This document shows, one piece after another, positions 9,177 through 20,034 of a stretch of DNA of 64,000 nt. Where the stretch lies: the NCBI GenBank assembly GCA_947458405.1, contig CANGZW010000008.1:4523-68522 (forward strand), given 5' to 3'. This DNA comes from Leptospiraceae bacterium. Its GTDB lineage: Bacteria; Spirochaetota; Leptospiria; Leptospirales; Leptospiraceae. Under the pieces are notes generated by a model, which had not been told where the DNA came from, did no database searches, and worked only from the letters and a program-made list of their open reading frames with translations. How positions within the stretch are numbered: position 1 is the stretch's first letter; every line of letters starts with the position of its first letter. The translations under genes were made by a program, and so were the position numbers.

Positions 9177-11543
9177 TTGGTTCCTTTGAAATTCTTTCCA
9201 ATCATCAATAAAAACAAGAAATCTACTTTTTTTTTAAAAAAATTGAGTACAAATAAAATTAAAAAATTTTTCCCAAAATCAATCTATTTTTTGGTAATAA
9301 TCCTTTTCTCCATCATTCTGACCAATCACACAATCACAGGGGACGATGAGGTAATCCATGATATAAAATCAATGAGTTGGAAAAAAATTAATAGAAATTT
9401 TTCCCAAAAACCAAGAGTTACACAAACCGAGGCATATGCTTTAGTTCGTTACCAGGAAGAACATTCCAGACCAAACAAAGAATATATCTTAAAACTCTTA
9501 TATAGTATTCTTGCTGGATCCATTCCAGAAAAAATTGATAGGGATGAGATAAACACAATATTGTCTTCAAGTATTTCATTTGACAAAGCTATCATTAGAT
9601 TGTCTTATTGGAAATTTTATCATGAATTATCACACAAAAAACTATTAAATTATGCTGAAAAAGTCCAATTTCTCGAAAAAATTCCCCATGAGGCAGATCC
9701 TATTTTTATTGAAGCCTTTGAGGAATTATGTAAATTAATTTTAGATGCAGGGGCTTTTCAAAAAATTAATCAAAAGATTTCCGATCTAAAAGATAACGAC
9801 AAGCACATTGTCTATACTGATAGAGTTAAACTATATCATGCAATCTCTCTCTACAAGAGCAATGAATCAAAAAAAGCAATTACTCTACTTTTTCAAATAC
9901 TAGAAGATGAAAATAATATCGAACTTAAAAGAGAGGCCTTTCTTGAACTAAAAAAAATAAATGGAAATGAATTTTACTTAGAATTGCCTCTAAATGAATT
10001 GTCACACACTTTAAATGTTTTAAACAAAGAAGAGCTAAAAAATTTAATACAAAAAAATATAATTAATTCTTCAATCGTATTACAAGATGTAAAAGTAATA
10101 AAAAATATATCCAATTACTTTTTGAAAAATTCTCCAAAAAATACCCTACCATTTTTAAGAGCTAACAACCTCATTATAATTACGGAGCAACAATATCTAG
10201 CCAATATTTCTGAAAATCTTATCAATTCAAAAGATTTAACCTTGGCTTATGCAATACAAAATGAATTTTTGCAAAAATCTGATATAGCACTTGTATATAA
10301 GAATTATAGCCGAATTTATGATGCTTGGGATGATGAAGAAAAGAAAATAAATTATAGAATTAAATATTTATCCCTAAATCCTTATGACCTCACCTACCAA
10401 GATATGCTTATTGACTATTTAGCAGAGACTAACAGTAATTCAGTATCCTATGCTCCATTGCGTTATTGGGAAAAAGCAATGAATGAGATACCAAATGTAA
10501 GTGTAAAAGGTAGACTAGTCTATTGGTATCTTAGATATTTAAGATTTGCTAATGAAAAAGAAAAATTAAAAGAGATTCTAGCAGATTTTTATACATATTG
10601 CCCCGGTTCATACTATGCTACTGTTATTTCCGAAGAGTTTAAAAGTGAATTGAGTGCATTGTCTCACCCTAATAATTACTTATCAAATAGAGAATCACTC
10701 TTGAAATTCATATCTGTAAAACACAATCTAGACTTTGTAGCCCTCCTTGGTGGACAAAATTTAAGCTTTGCTTTCAGTAAGAATGCTATTGATTTAGCCG
10801 CAAAATTAAGCCAGTCAGTTGAAAAAGTAAATTCCAATCCAATATTATCAACTTCAGCAGATTATTTTAAGTTAGGAAATCATAAAGAAGGAATGATGCT
10901 TGCCGAGCTTTACTTCAAAGTTTCCAAATTATCAGAAAGAGAAAAGCATGAACTTTTAGTAGGAATAGGGGATGTCAGTAAAAATTATTACCTCTCTTTG
11001 TATTACACAAGAATATTAATGAAGTTATATCAAATACCTGATGATCCAATTTTAATACCGAAAGATCTAACCAATCGATTGTATCCACGACCCCACCGGG
11101 CCCTTGTAAAAAAGAATGCAGATAGATTTGGAATTGAAGAAGAAGTGGTATATGCAATTATGCGTCAGGAATCCTTTTTTAGGGAAAATGCTATTTCTCC
11201 TGCCAACGCTAGAGGATTGATGCAAGTGATGCCCTCCACAGGAAAATTTTTAGCATCAAGATTAAATGTGACAAACTATTCTCTTCATGATCCAGAAGTT
11301 TCGATACAATTTGGAGCGAAATTTCTGGCAGATCTTCTTAAGGATAATGGAAATAAATTAACCTGGGCATCAATTGCATACAATGGGGGACCCGGAAATT
11401 TAAGAAAATGGAAACGAAATCATTATAAAGGTGATTTCAACCATTTTCTAGAAGAACTTCCCAATAAAGAGTCTCGAGATTACTGTAGAATTATAATATC
11501 AAATTATATGATTTATAAAACATTAAAAAAAATGGATAATTAA
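9177..11543 (+). CDS. slt: Soluble lytic murein transglycosylase (Slt family)
   Basis: The C-terminal SLT domain has AIMRQESFFRENAISPANARGLMQVMPSTG and AYNGGPGNLRKW. A long helical N-terminal region precedes it. TTG start with a signal-like N-terminus. Confidence 0.8.
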   Translation: MVPLKFFPIINKNKKSTFFLKKLSTNKIKKFFPKSIYFLVIILFSIILTNHTITGDDEVIHDIKSMSWKKINRNFSQKPRVTQTEAYALVRYQEEHSRPNKEYILKLLYSILAGSIPEKIDRDEINTILSSSISFDKAIIRLSYWKFYHELSHKKLLNYAEKVQFLEKIPHEADPIFIEAFEELCKLILDAGAFQKINQKISDLKDNDKHIVYTDRVKLYHAISLYKSNESKKAITLLFQILEDENNIELKREAFLELKKINGNEFYLELPLNELSHTLNVLNKEELKNLIQKNIINSSIVLQDVKVIKNISNYFLKNSPKNTLPFLRANNLIIITEQQYLANISENLINSKDLTLAYAIQNEFLQKSDIALVYKNYSRIYDAWDDEEKKINYRIKYLSLNPYDLTYQDMLIDYLAETNSNSVSYAPLRYWEKAMNEIPNVSVKGRLVYWYLRYLRFANEKEKLKEILADFYTYCPGSYYATVISEEFKSELSALSHPNNYLSNRESLLKFISVKHNLDFVALLGGQNLSFAFSKNAIDLAAKLSQSVEKVNSNPILSTSADYFKLGNHKEGMMLAELYFKVSKLSEREKHELLVGIGDVSKNYYLSLYYTRILMKLYQIPDDPILIPKDLTNRLYPRPHRALVKKNADRFGIEEEVVYAIMRQESFFRENAISPANARGLMQVMPSTGKFLASRLNVTNYSLHDPEVSIQFGAKFLADLLKDNGNKLTWASIAYNGGPGNLRKWKRNHYKGDFNHFLEELPNKESRDYCRIIISNYMIYKTLKKMDN

Positions 11544-11549
11544 ATAAGA

Positions 11550-12104
11550 ATGAAAATATATACTAAAACTGGGGACACCGGTCATACATCATTAGCTAAA
11601 GGTGGACGGGTTTTGAAATCTGATATCAAAGTAGAAATGTATGGTACTTGTGATGAATTAAACAGTAATTTGGGACTAGTACTCTCATTTTTAGATAATG
11701 ATGAATTCCTGAAAAATGAAATAAATCTAATCCAAAATCTCTTATTTGAAATTGGGTCAGAATTGGCTGGATACAAAAAAGAAGACAGTAATCAATCTGC
11801 AATATCTCTAATGGATATTGAACACATCGAAAAATCAATTGACACTTTAGAAGAAAAATTAGTTCCTTTGAAATCATTCATTTTACCGGGAGGATCTAAA
11901 ACTGCATCTCTCTTACATGTATCAAGGACAATTTGCAGAAGATTGGAAAGAATTATGGTTCAGGCAAATTCAAATGATACTGAATTATATTCTCAAACAT
12001 TAATATATATAAATAGATTATCAGATTTTTTATTTGTTTCTGCAAGATATGCAAATTCAATTTCAGGAATTAATGAGCCGCTTTGGACATCCCGATTGAA
12101 GTAA
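11550..12104 (+). CDS. ATP:cob(I)alamin adenosyltransferase, PduO type
   Basis: N-terminus MKIYTKTGDTGHTSL and YGTCDELNS, at 184 aa, are typical of the family. Confidence 0.85.
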   Translation: MKIYTKTGDTGHTSLAKGGRVLKSDIKVEMYGTCDELNSNLGLVLSFLDNDEFLKNEINLIQNLLFEIGSELAGYKKEDSNQSAISLMDIEHIEKSIDTLEEKLVPLKSFILPGGSKTASLLHVSRTICRRLERIMVQANSNDTELYSQTLIYINRLSDFLFVSARYANSISGINEPLWTSRLK

Positions 12105-13381
12105 ATAACTCCTCTAAACATCATCCTGCATTACCAATCCTTTTTTTCACAGAAATGTGGGAAAGATTTAGTTATTATGGAATGCGGGCATTACTTGTTC
12201 TTTATTTAGTAAAGCATTTAAATTTTACGGATTATTCAGCCGGTGTTGTATATGGAACATATACTGGATTAGTTTATCTCACTCCCATCTTGGGAGGATA
12301 TATTTCGGATAGGTTTATAGGAAAAAAAGTTGCAATTCTTTTGGGAGGAGTCTTAATGATGATAGGTCATCTCACATTGGCACTCGATTCCCTTAATACT
12401 TTTTATTTAGGATTACTTTTTTTAATATTGGGAAATGGTTTTTTTAAACCAAATATATCAACACTTCTCGGAAATCTGTATGACACAAAAGAAGGATTAA
12501 GAGATTCTGCATTTACTATTTTTTATATGGGTATTAACATAGGTGGTTCTTTGGGACCATTGTTTTGTGGTTACATAGGAGAAATATATGGTTGGCATTA
12601 TGGATTTTCTCTGGCAGGGATTGGTATGTTTTTGGGATTACTGGTTTTTAGTATTGGAGTAAAAAAAATTGATTCCTCTTTTTTTATAATTAATAAATAT
12701 TCTGATAATAAAGAAAAATTAGAAAAGGAAAAACTTTCTAAATTAGAGCGGAATAAGGTATATCTTCTTTTTTTTCTGGCAGTTATGAGTATATTTTTTT
12801 GGGTTCCTTATGAACAAATGGGAACATCTGTAAATTTATTTACCGAAAGAAATGTGGATAGAACCCTATTTGGATTTGAAATTCCTACCTCAACTTTTCA
12901 ATCTATCAATGGCTTTTTGATTTTAATATTAGCTCCTATATTTGCATATATTTGGCAAAAATTGTCACAGAATAAATTGGAACCATCCGTTCCTCTAAAA
13001 TTTGCAATAGGATTTATTTTATTAGGATTTTCCTATTTAATATTACTAATTCAAAATGGGGATTCTAAAACAGGTATCACTCTCTTATTTGGATATTATT
13101 TTCTTTTGACAATGGGTGAACTTTGTGTTTCTCCTGTTGGACTCTCGACAGTAAGTAGGCTTGCTCCCTCTAGATTTGCATCTTCCCTTATGGGTGTTTG
13201 GTTTATGTCTAATGCTATTTCCCATTATATTTCGGGGTGGTTTTCCGGTGCATATTCTAGATGGATGAGTATTCAAGAATTATTTTTGTTTTTAGGTATT
13301 ATAAGTATGATTTCAGCCATACTTCTAATTTCAATCCTTCCAATTCTCAAAAAATACTTCCCAGAAAACCAAACTGATTAA
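12083..13381 (+). CDS. Proton-dependent oligopeptide transporter (POT/PTR2 family)
   Basis: Signature FFTEMWERFSYYGMRALLVLYL in a polytopic membrane protein. The TTG start overlaps the previous gene by 22 nt, so the start is uncertain. Confidence 0.8.
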   Translation: MDIPIEVNNSSKHHPALPILFFTEMWERFSYYGMRALLVLYLVKHLNFTDYSAGVVYGTYTGLVYLTPILGGYISDRFIGKKVAILLGGVLMMIGHLTLALDSLNTFYLGLLFLILGNGFFKPNISTLLGNLYDTKEGLRDSAFTIFYMGINIGGSLGPLFCGYIGEIYGWHYGFSLAGIGMFLGLLVFSIGVKKIDSSFFIINKYSDNKEKLEKEKLSKLERNKVYLLFFLAVMSIFFWVPYEQMGTSVNLFTERNVDRTLFGFEIPTSTFQSINGFLILILAPIFAYIWQKLSQNKLEPSVPLKFAIGFILLGFSYLILLIQNGDSKTGITLLFGYYFLLTMGELCVSPVGLSTVSRLAPSRFASSLMGVWFMSNAISHYISGWFSGAYSRWMSIQELFLFLGIISMISAILLISILPILKKYFPENQTD

Positions 13382-13418
13382 ATCGTATAATTTATAAAGG
13401 ATTATAGGAAAAAATACA

Positions 13419-14351
13419 ATGATAGCAAAGAATATTTTAGAGACTATTGGCAACACTCCCCATGTAAAAATAAATAATTTATATAAAACACAGGCTGAAG
13501 TCTATATAAAACTAGAAAAGGCAAATCCCGGGGGAAGTATTAAAGATAGAATTGCTCTATCAATGATAGAAGATGCTGAAAAAAAAGGTCTTTTGAATAA
13601 AGATAGTATTATTATAGAGCCAACTAGTGGTAATACGGGAGTTGGCTTAGCAATGGTTGCGGCAGTTAAGGGTTATCCAATAATTTTAGTTATGCCTGAA
13701 TCCATGAGTATTGAAAGAAGAAGATTAATGAGTGCCTATGGCGCTACTTTTGAACTAACACCAAGAGAAAAGGGAATGCCCGGTGCCATCGAAAAAGCAA
13801 AACAAATGGTTAGTGAAAGAAAAAATGCATGGATGCCCAGTCAATTTGATAATGAATCAAATATTGAAGTACATATTCGTACTACAGCTCAAGAGATACT
13901 AAATGATTTTCCTAATGGAATAGATTACTTAATTACTGGAGTAGGAACTGGTGGACATATTACCGGTGTAGCAAAAGTTTTAAAAGAAAAATTTCCTAAC
14001 ATTAAAGTTTTTGCTGTTGAACCCGCACTTTCACCCGTTATAACAGCTACTTTAGCAGGAGAACCACCTAAACCCGGTCCACACCCCATTCAAGGTATTG
14101 GAGCAGGTTTTATACCTAAAAATTTACATACTAATTACTTAGATGGTGTCATACAGATTACCAAAGAGGAAGCCTTTGAATATGCAGTCAAATCTGCAAA
14201 AGAAGAGGGGATGTTTATTGGAGTGTCTAGTGGTGCATCTTTAGCGGCAGTAAGTAAAAAAGTAGGGGAGTTTAAAGCAGGGGAAAAAGTATTAACATTT
14301 TGTTACGACACAGGAGAAAGATATTTATCGATTGAAGGCTTATTTACCTAA
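13419..14351 (+). CDS. cysK: Cysteine synthase A (O-acetylserine sulfhydrylase)
   Basis: PLP lysine context NPGGSIKDR, plus TSGNTG and GTGGHITG; 310 aa. Confidence 0.9.
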   Translation: MIAKNILETIGNTPHVKINNLYKTQAEVYIKLEKANPGGSIKDRIALSMIEDAEKKGLLNKDSIIIEPTSGNTGVGLAMVAAVKGYPIILVMPESMSIERRRLMSAYGATFELTPREKGMPGAIEKAKQMVSERKNAWMPSQFDNESNIEVHIRTTAQEILNDFPNGIDYLITGVGTGGHITGVAKVLKEKFPNIKVFAVEPALSPVITATLAGEPPKPGPHPIQGIGAGFIPKNLHTNYLDGVIQITKEEAFEYAVKSAKEEGMFIGVSSGASLAAVSKKVGEFKAGEKVLTFCYDTGERYLSIEGLFT

Positions 14352-14364
14352 TTCAAATTTTTAA

Positions 14365-15141
14365 TTACTTCTTTTCTGAATGGTCCAATATCATTGGACC
14401 TTTTGTACTTCCATGGATAAACTGCATTACAATTGAATTTTTGGATTCTCTAATTTGCTCAGGTGTACCACAAAAAATTACCTCCCCTTCATAAATAAAG
14501 CTAATTCTATCAGCAATCATATAAGCACTTTGCATATCATGTGTTACAACTACACTGGTTACTTTTAATTCTCGCTGTAATCTTAATATTAGTTCATTAA
14601 ACACATTCGACATAACAGGATCTAAGCCAGAAGTAGGTTCATCGTACAATAATATTTCTGGATTTGTAGTGAGTGCCCTAGCAATACCTGCTCTTTTTTT
14701 CATCCCCCCACTAATATCTCCGGGGAGATTATCTTTGGCTTGAACCAAGTCCAACCAACGAAGTTTCTCCATTACTATATCATCCAGCTCTTTACCATGT
14801 GCTAGTTTATGTTCTCTTAAAGGAAGGGCTACATTTTCATATACACTGAGCCAATTGATAAGTGCCCCCGATTGAAAAAGTACACCCATTCTTGCCCTGA
14901 TCTGTTTTCTAATTTTTTCTTTTGAAAAAGAAATAGATTCACCAAATATCTTACAATCACCTTCATCGGGAATGGATAATCCTGTAATGTGTTTTAAGGA
15001 TACTGATTTCCCTGTACCGGAAGGACCGAGTATTACCATTGTCTCCCCCTTTTTTACAGTAAGGTTCATCCCTTTTAAAATTTTTCTTTTTCCGAAAGTT
15101 TTGTGAACGGAAATCATTTCGATTATTTTATTATCATCCAT
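14365..15141 (-). CDS. mlaF: ABC transporter ATP-binding protein, MlaF-like
   Basis: Walker A GPSGTGKS, signature [15 protein letters not shown] and Walker [12 protein letters not shown]. It sits immediately downstream of the MlaE-like permease. Confidence 0.8.
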   Translation of the reverse strand: MDDNKIIEMISVHKTFGKRKILKGMNLTVKKGETMVILGPSGTGKSVSLKHITGLSIPDEGDCKIFGESISFSKEKIRKQIRARMGVLFQSGALINWLSVYENVALPLREHKLAHGKELDDIVMEKLRWLDLVQAKDNLPGDISGGMKKRAGIARALTTNPEILLYDEPTSGLDPVMSNVFNELILRLQRELKVTSVVVTHDMQSAYMIADRISFIYEGEVIFCGTPEQIRESKNSIVMQFIHGSTKGPMILDHSEKK

Positions 15142-15145
15142 TTTA

Positions 15146-15928
15146 TTACCTGTAGAAAAATGCAGTTAAAACATAACCAAAAAAGATAACAACCAAGAAA
15201 GAAATGACCACAGATTCTCTCGTGGCACGGCCGACTCCCAGGGCACCATTTGTAGCCCTCAAACCATGGGAGCAGGAGATAGTGGAGACAATTACTCCAA
15301 ACACAAATCCTTTAAAAAGTCCGACATACAAATCTTTCAGTCCAGCCGTGGAAGCAATTCTTCCCTTAACATCATTAAAATAAACCTGATAATCTACACC
15401 TAACTGAAAATGACCCACAACAGCTCCTCCGACTATTCCTAAAATGGTAGAATATACACATAGCACTGGAACCATAAAGCTAAATCCCAATACTCTAGGC
15501 ATTACCAGGTATCGGACAGGATCAATTGACATCACTTCAAGTGCATCAATTTCTTCTGAAACCTTCATAGTTCCAATTTCAGCGGCAATAGCAGAGCCAA
15601 CAGAAGCAGAAAGAATTAGGGCGGTCATAAATGGACTCATTTCTCTAGTGAGTGTAATTGTTAGTAGTAACCCAATTTGACCCTCTGCACCAAAATCTTT
15701 TAATCCAAGACCCGCATTTAAACCCATAATCATTCCAGTAAAAATAGCAACGATAGAAACAACAAATAAACTTGAAATTCCTGCGATGTACATCTGATGC
15801 ACGATTTCATTGTGCTTAAAAAAAATAGATCTAAAATGTAGTACAGTATTAAATAATAGAATTAAGCTATAACCCGCCCCATAAATTGATTCTGTAATTA
15901 AGTTTTTTAAAAATGAAAACATATTCAT
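15146..15928 (-). CDS. mlaE: ABC transporter permease, MlaE family
   Basis: [21 protein letters not shown] signature. The ATG at 15928 overlaps the TAA of the upstream ORF (TAATG). The longest ORF would start at a TTG at 15946. Confidence 0.8.
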   Translation of the reverse strand: MNMFSFLKNLITESIYGAGYSLILLFNTVLHFRSIFFKHNEIVHQMYIAGISSLFVVSIVAIFTGMIMGLNAGLGLKDFGAEGQIGLLLTITLTREMSPFMTALILSASVGSAIAAEIGTMKVSEEIDALEVMSIDPVRYLVMPRVLGFSFMVPVLCVYSTILGIVGGAVVGHFQLGVDYQVYFNDVKGRIASTAGLKDLYVGLFKGFVFGVIVSTISCSHGLRATNGALGVGRATRESVVISFLVVIFFGYVLTAFFYR

Positions 15929-17370
15929 TAGAGTTTTAAAAACCAAAAAAGTTGCAAGTATTTCTTCTCTTCTTTTTTTTCATATCCTAATAGACCATAA
16001 AATAGTCTAAACTTTTCTGTCTCTGTTGAAGATGAATAATCCATTAATAATGGAATATTCCATTCAAAATCATTTTCACTCCACTTTTGATTGTATAATC
16101 TTAATAGCATGGAAAATTTTTTTTCTCCATTTGACTGATTTCTATACTCAATTAAAGAAAAAATAGGATCCCACACTTTTTCAGCAGTTTCTGACCTAAC
16201 TGGATAAAAGGTAAGTAAATTCCAAGATAACGTACCTTCATGATCTTTATGCCATTTTACCAAAGGCCAAAATTTGTAGTATAGATCCGTTCTTTCTTCT
16301 TTTACAAAATATTCCCTATTATAATGAAAAAATGGGACAAAATAAAAATTATTAGATTTTATATTATAAGAATCCGTTTCCATTCTATAAATAAATGGAG
16401 TTATAAATTCAAATTCCTTGTTTGCAAATCGAGAATAACCATAAAAAGGAAAAAATACCTTTTTTCTGTAATCTTTATCATTACTATATCCATATTGAAA
16501 TAAAAAGAAGAGGGCAGTATAATCAACTTCTGTTGTTCTTTTGTCATACCCATAACTGAATAAGCTAATAGATCCAATTACCGGAAGAATTCCGAGACTA
16601 TACATATTCCCATAGTAAGATTCTTTTTTACTGTACAACAACCAAACAAATGAATATGAAGAAGGTTCTTTTTTATCTAAGTTATCTACACCCCAAGATA
16701 TTAGCGGCCATAATAAACTATTGTGGTCATACTTTCCTGAATGCGATTTATGTGAAAATAAAGGAACAATCCGATACTCTTTTCTAATATCTGTGCTACC
16801 CCAAACAGTCAAAGGCCAGAGAATACTTTGCGCTTGAAATTCTTTATATTCCCAGCGTGTATAAAGTGGAAACATTACAAAACTAATATTACTCCAACTC
16901 AATTTATTTCTTATATTTCCATAGAATGGAAATACTGAAAAATATTTTTCTCTATCTGTATCACCTTTTCCCCAAATAAATAAAGGGCTTAATGTAAGAT
17001 CCTCATCTTTACCAATATCTTCATGTAAAACTGAATCCCCTCCAAATATAAAAAGAAAGCTCCACTTTCTCCATTTGTCAGTATTCTCTGAATAATAAAG
17101 CGGATAAAAGGATGATTTAAATTGAGAGTTGGTTAATTTATCATGATAGGAAGTATAAAAAGGTCGGATTAATAATTCTTCCTGACCGGCTCTCTTTTCT
17201 TTTTCATAGATAAAACTAAATGTCTGAAATTCTAAAGATGGATAAATTCCGTTTATATGCTTAGGATTTTTTGAATATATCGAAAATAAAATTCCAAAAT
17301 ATAGAAGAAAGATTGTAATGATCGGAAATTTCAATAATTTAAACAAAAAGGAGGTATGGGGGAAATACAA
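15928..17370 (-). CDS. Exported/membrane aromatic-Pro repeat protein, family unknown
   Basis: 480-aa ORF with an N-terminal hydrophobic segment. It carries about 16 [FYW]-P-[LFV]-[FYI] motifs at a period of about 20 residues. There is no in-frame ATG before residue 166, so a TTG or other non-ATG start is implied. Confidence 0.6.
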   Translation of the reverse strand: MYFPHTSFLFKLLKFPIITIFLLYFGILFSIYSKNPKHINGIYPSLEFQTFSFIYEKEKRAGQEELLIRPFYTSYHDKLTNSQFKSSFYPLYYSENTDKWRKWSFLFIFGGDSVLHEDIGKDEDLTLSPLFIWGKGDTDREKYFSVFPFYGNIRNKLSWSNISFVMFPLYTRWEYKEFQAQSILWPLTVWGSTDIRKEYRIVPLFSHKSHSGKYDHNSLLWPLISWGVDNLDKKEPSSYSFVWLLYSKKESYYGNMYSLGILPVIGSISLFSYGYDKRTTEVDYTALFFLFQYGYSNDKDYRKKVFFPFYGYSRFANKEFEFITPFIYRMETDSYNIKSNNFYFVPFFHYNREYFVKEERTDLYYKFWPLVKWHKDHEGTLSWNLLTFYPVRSETAEKVWDPIFSLIEYRNQSNGEKKFSMLLRLYNQKWSENDFEWNIPLLMDYSSSTETEKFRLFYGLLGYEKKEEKKYLQLFWFLKL

Positions 17371-17382
17371 GAAAAAAATTAA

Positions 17383-17455
17383 TGGAGCTTATCGGGATCG
17401 AACCGATGACCCTCTGCTTGCAAAGCAGATGCTCTCCCAGCTGAGCTAAAGCCCC
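17383..17455 (-). tRNA. tRNA-Ala (anticodon UGC)
   Basis: Reverse complement is GGGGCTTTAGCTCAGCTGGGAGAGCATCTGCTTTGCAAGCAGAGGGTCATCGGTTCGATCCCGATAAGCTCCA. It has the G3:U70 identity pair and anticodon loop TTTGCAA. No CCA is encoded. Confidence 0.92.
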
Positions 17456-17465
17456 ATATTTTTTC

Positions 17466-17539
<74 letters not shown>

Positions 17540-17591
17540 CAAGCGAAGAAAAAACCTTCGTTAAGCCATTATTTTTTGGAGATTAAAATTA

Positions 17592-19022
17592 TCAAACTAA
17601 TTTTAAAAGAAATTCTCCCCATTCATAAACATTTCCAGCTCCTAATGTTAAAATAACATCATCTCGTCTAATAAAATTTTTTAAGAATATACAATCTCTT
17701 TCCAATTCACCAGATAGTAATTGGAAATTAGTAGATAGACTTTTAGTTATTAATTCAGAATTAATCCCGGGTATTGGGATTTCCCCTGCAGAATATATTG
17801 GAAGGAGAAAAATATAATCACAATTAGATAAACTCTCACCAAATTCCATATAGTGATCTCTAGTTCTTGTATAACGATGGGGTTGAAATACAACGATAGA
17901 TCTTGCATTATTATTTTTTATCTTATTTAATGTTTCAGTTACAACTTTTATTTCAGTTGGATGATGACCATAGTCGTCATAAAGCAGAATTCCTTTGGAC
18001 TCTCCTTTAAACTCCATTCTTCTTTTTACGCCGTTAAAATTATTTAAAATTTTAATAGAGGATTCAATTGGAATTCCAACAATTTCACAGGTTAAAATTG
18101 ATGCTAGAGCATTTTTCAAAAAATGATCTCCATGTATTGGTATTGAAACACTATAATTTAAATTATTTTTATTAAAGTTTAATATATTATTATTTATAGT
18201 ATATGAAATTTGATTTTCATTTATTTGTTTGTTAGAATATAGGATAAATTTTTTAGAATAATTTATATCTTTAAAGATTTCAATAATTCCAGGATCATCC
18301 AAGCAGGCAATTATTACGCTATTTATGGAATCAAATAAATATTTTTGAAAAGCCATGCTTAAAGACTCAGATGACTTATAAAAATCTAAATGGTCATTAT
18401 CAATATTAGTTAATACTTTTATATCTGCATGATGATTTAAAAAAGTACCATCAGATTCATCACTTTCATATACTCCCCAATTCCCACTATCATATCTACC
18501 CCCAATTCCTTGTAATAGAGATGTTTCTCCACCTATCATAATTGAAGGATTCAAATTACTCTGGAGTAATATTTGAGCTATCATAGTTGTAGTACTTGTT
18601 TTACCATGAGATCCAGCAACAGATATGGATTTTTTAGAATTAAAAATTGCATGCATTATTTGTGATCTATGAAATAGGGGAGTGCCTTTTTTTTGAAAAA
18701 ACTGATAATATTCATTATTATTCTTATCAATTGCACTTGAAAATACAGCAAAGTCAATACTATTTAAATCTTGTAAATCACCAATAAATTTAAATCCCTT
18801 ATTTTCTAAATTTATAATTGCCGAATTTTTTTTTATATCGAATCCATATAATTCTATTCCAAAATCAAGTAATATATGACCGAGTGATGACATACCCGAT
18901 CCCCCAGCACCGATTAAAAATCCAGATTTATTTTTTAAATAATTACTATTCAGTTCCAAAGAAAAAATCCACGGTATCCCTTGTTGCGTTTGGTTTAGCA
19001 CCTGATAAGGATTTTTGGGCAA
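17592..19022 (-). CDS. murC: UDP-N-acetylmuramate--L-alanine ligase
   Basis: IGAGGSGMSSLGHIL and GSHGKTSTTTM Mur-ligase motifs. The start is probably later than 19022: a TTG at 18959 would cut the overlap with murG from 77 to 14 nt. Confidence 0.85.
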   Translation of the reverse strand: MPKNPYQVLNQTQQGIPWIFSLELNSNYLKNKSGFLIGAGGSGMSSLGHILLDFGIELYGFDIKKNSAIINLENKGFKFIGDLQDLNSIDFAVFSSAIDKNNNEYYQFFQKKGTPLFHRSQIMHAIFNSKKSISVAGSHGKTSTTTMIAQILLQSNLNPSIMIGGETSLLQGIGGRYDSGNWGVYESDESDGTFLNHHADIKVLTNIDNDHLDFYKSSESLSMAFQKYLFDSINSVIIACLDDPGIIEIFKDINYSKKFILYSNKQINENQISYTINNNILNFNKNNLNYSVSIPIHGDHFLKNALASILTCEIVGIPIESSIKILNNFNGVKRRMEFKGESKGILLYDDYGHHPTEIKVVTETLNKIKNNNARSIVVFQPHRYTRTRDHYMEFGESLSNCDYIFLLPIYSAGEIPIPGINSELITKSLSTNFQLLSGELERDCIFLKNFIRRDDVILTLGAGNVYEWGEFLLKLV

Positions 19023-20034
19023 GATTTTCCAAGATTGTTTTATCCTTAGAAAACTCTAAAAGAATTTTGATGATAGCAGTTGTGTCTTCATCATTTTGGT
19101 AAAGGACTTTAAAACCATAATTATCTTCACAATATTTAGCATTTTCAGCCTGATGATTATCAGCGGCAAAGGGATAAGGTATTAGTATTACAGGAAGAGA
19201 ATGTAAGACACATTCAGAGATTACTCCTGCCCCAGATCTTGCAATAACTATATTTGCCCATTCATAATGTGATTTCATATCATTTGAATATGAAATTATA
19301 TCTACAGGATTCTTGGATTTTTGCATGGTTTCATCATAAAGATTTGTTCCTGAAAGTAATCTAAAATTATAATTTTTTATAATTTCTGTATTTTCTAAAG
19401 CAGATAATAAAATATTATTAATCTGTCTTGCACCCTGACTACCACCCATTACAAGAGCATTGATTTTATCCCTTTTTGAAAGTTGTTTATTTTTAATTTG
19501 AACTTCTTTTTGATTGGGATAAACTTTTACTCTTATAGGATTTCCTAATATTTTACTTTCTATTGTATTACTATTTAAATCATGATCTAATGGTTCAAAA
19601 CTAAAGGCTATTTTTGTTGCAAACTTTTTAATTGATCTAACAACTTTACCTATTATTCTATTTTGTTCACAAAGAAATATTTTTTTTCTAAACAATATTG
19701 CATACAAAAGAGAGGGAATACAAGAATATCCTCCCATTGCAATTACGCAGTCTATTTTTTTGTTTTTAAATTCTGCAAAAGTTTTTAAAAAATAATAAAT
19801 ATATTTATAAAATAATATTATAGATTTTAAATTAAACTGAGGAATATCATGCCACAAAATTGGCACAGGAGAATCTCTTAAATCAGGGTTATCTAAATTT
19901 CTAATTAAAGAATGAATATATATATTTTCAATATTATAATTATTTTTAAATATATGAAGATACTCTGCAATAGCAATACCAGGTGATATGTGTCCACCTG
20001 TACCACCAGCGGCAATTATAACATTTTTAATCAA
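18946..20034 (-). CDS. murG: UDP-GlcNAc:lipid I N-acetylglucosaminyltransferase
   Basis: N-terminal AAGGTGGHISPGIAIAE; 362 aa; dcw cluster context. Confidence 0.85.
   Translation of the reverse strand: MIKNVIIAAGGTGGHISPGIAIAEYLHIFKNNYNIENIYIHSLIRNLDNPDLRDSPVPILWHDIPQFNLKSIILFYKYIYYFLKTFAEFKNKKIDCVIAMGGYSCIPSLLYAILFRKKIFLCEQNRIIGKVVRSIKKFATKIAFSFEPLDHDLNSNTIESKILGNPIRVKVYPNQKEVQIKNKQLSKRDKINALVMGGSQGARQINNILLSALENTEIIKNYNFRLLSGTNLYDETMQKSKNPVDIISYSNDMKSHYEWANIVIARSGAGVISECVLHSLPVILIPYPFAADNHQAENAKYCEDNYGFKVLYQNDEDTTAIIKILLEFSKDKTILENLAQKSLSGAKPNATRDTVDFFFGTE

Noticed and set aside
18946-19022. The 77-nt murG/murC overlap as a sign of a frameshift or pseudogene.
   Set aside because: Both ORFs are full length with intact motifs. 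An in-frame TTG at 18959 gives a normal MurC N-terminus and only a 14-nt overlap, so this is most likely a start-codon call issue.
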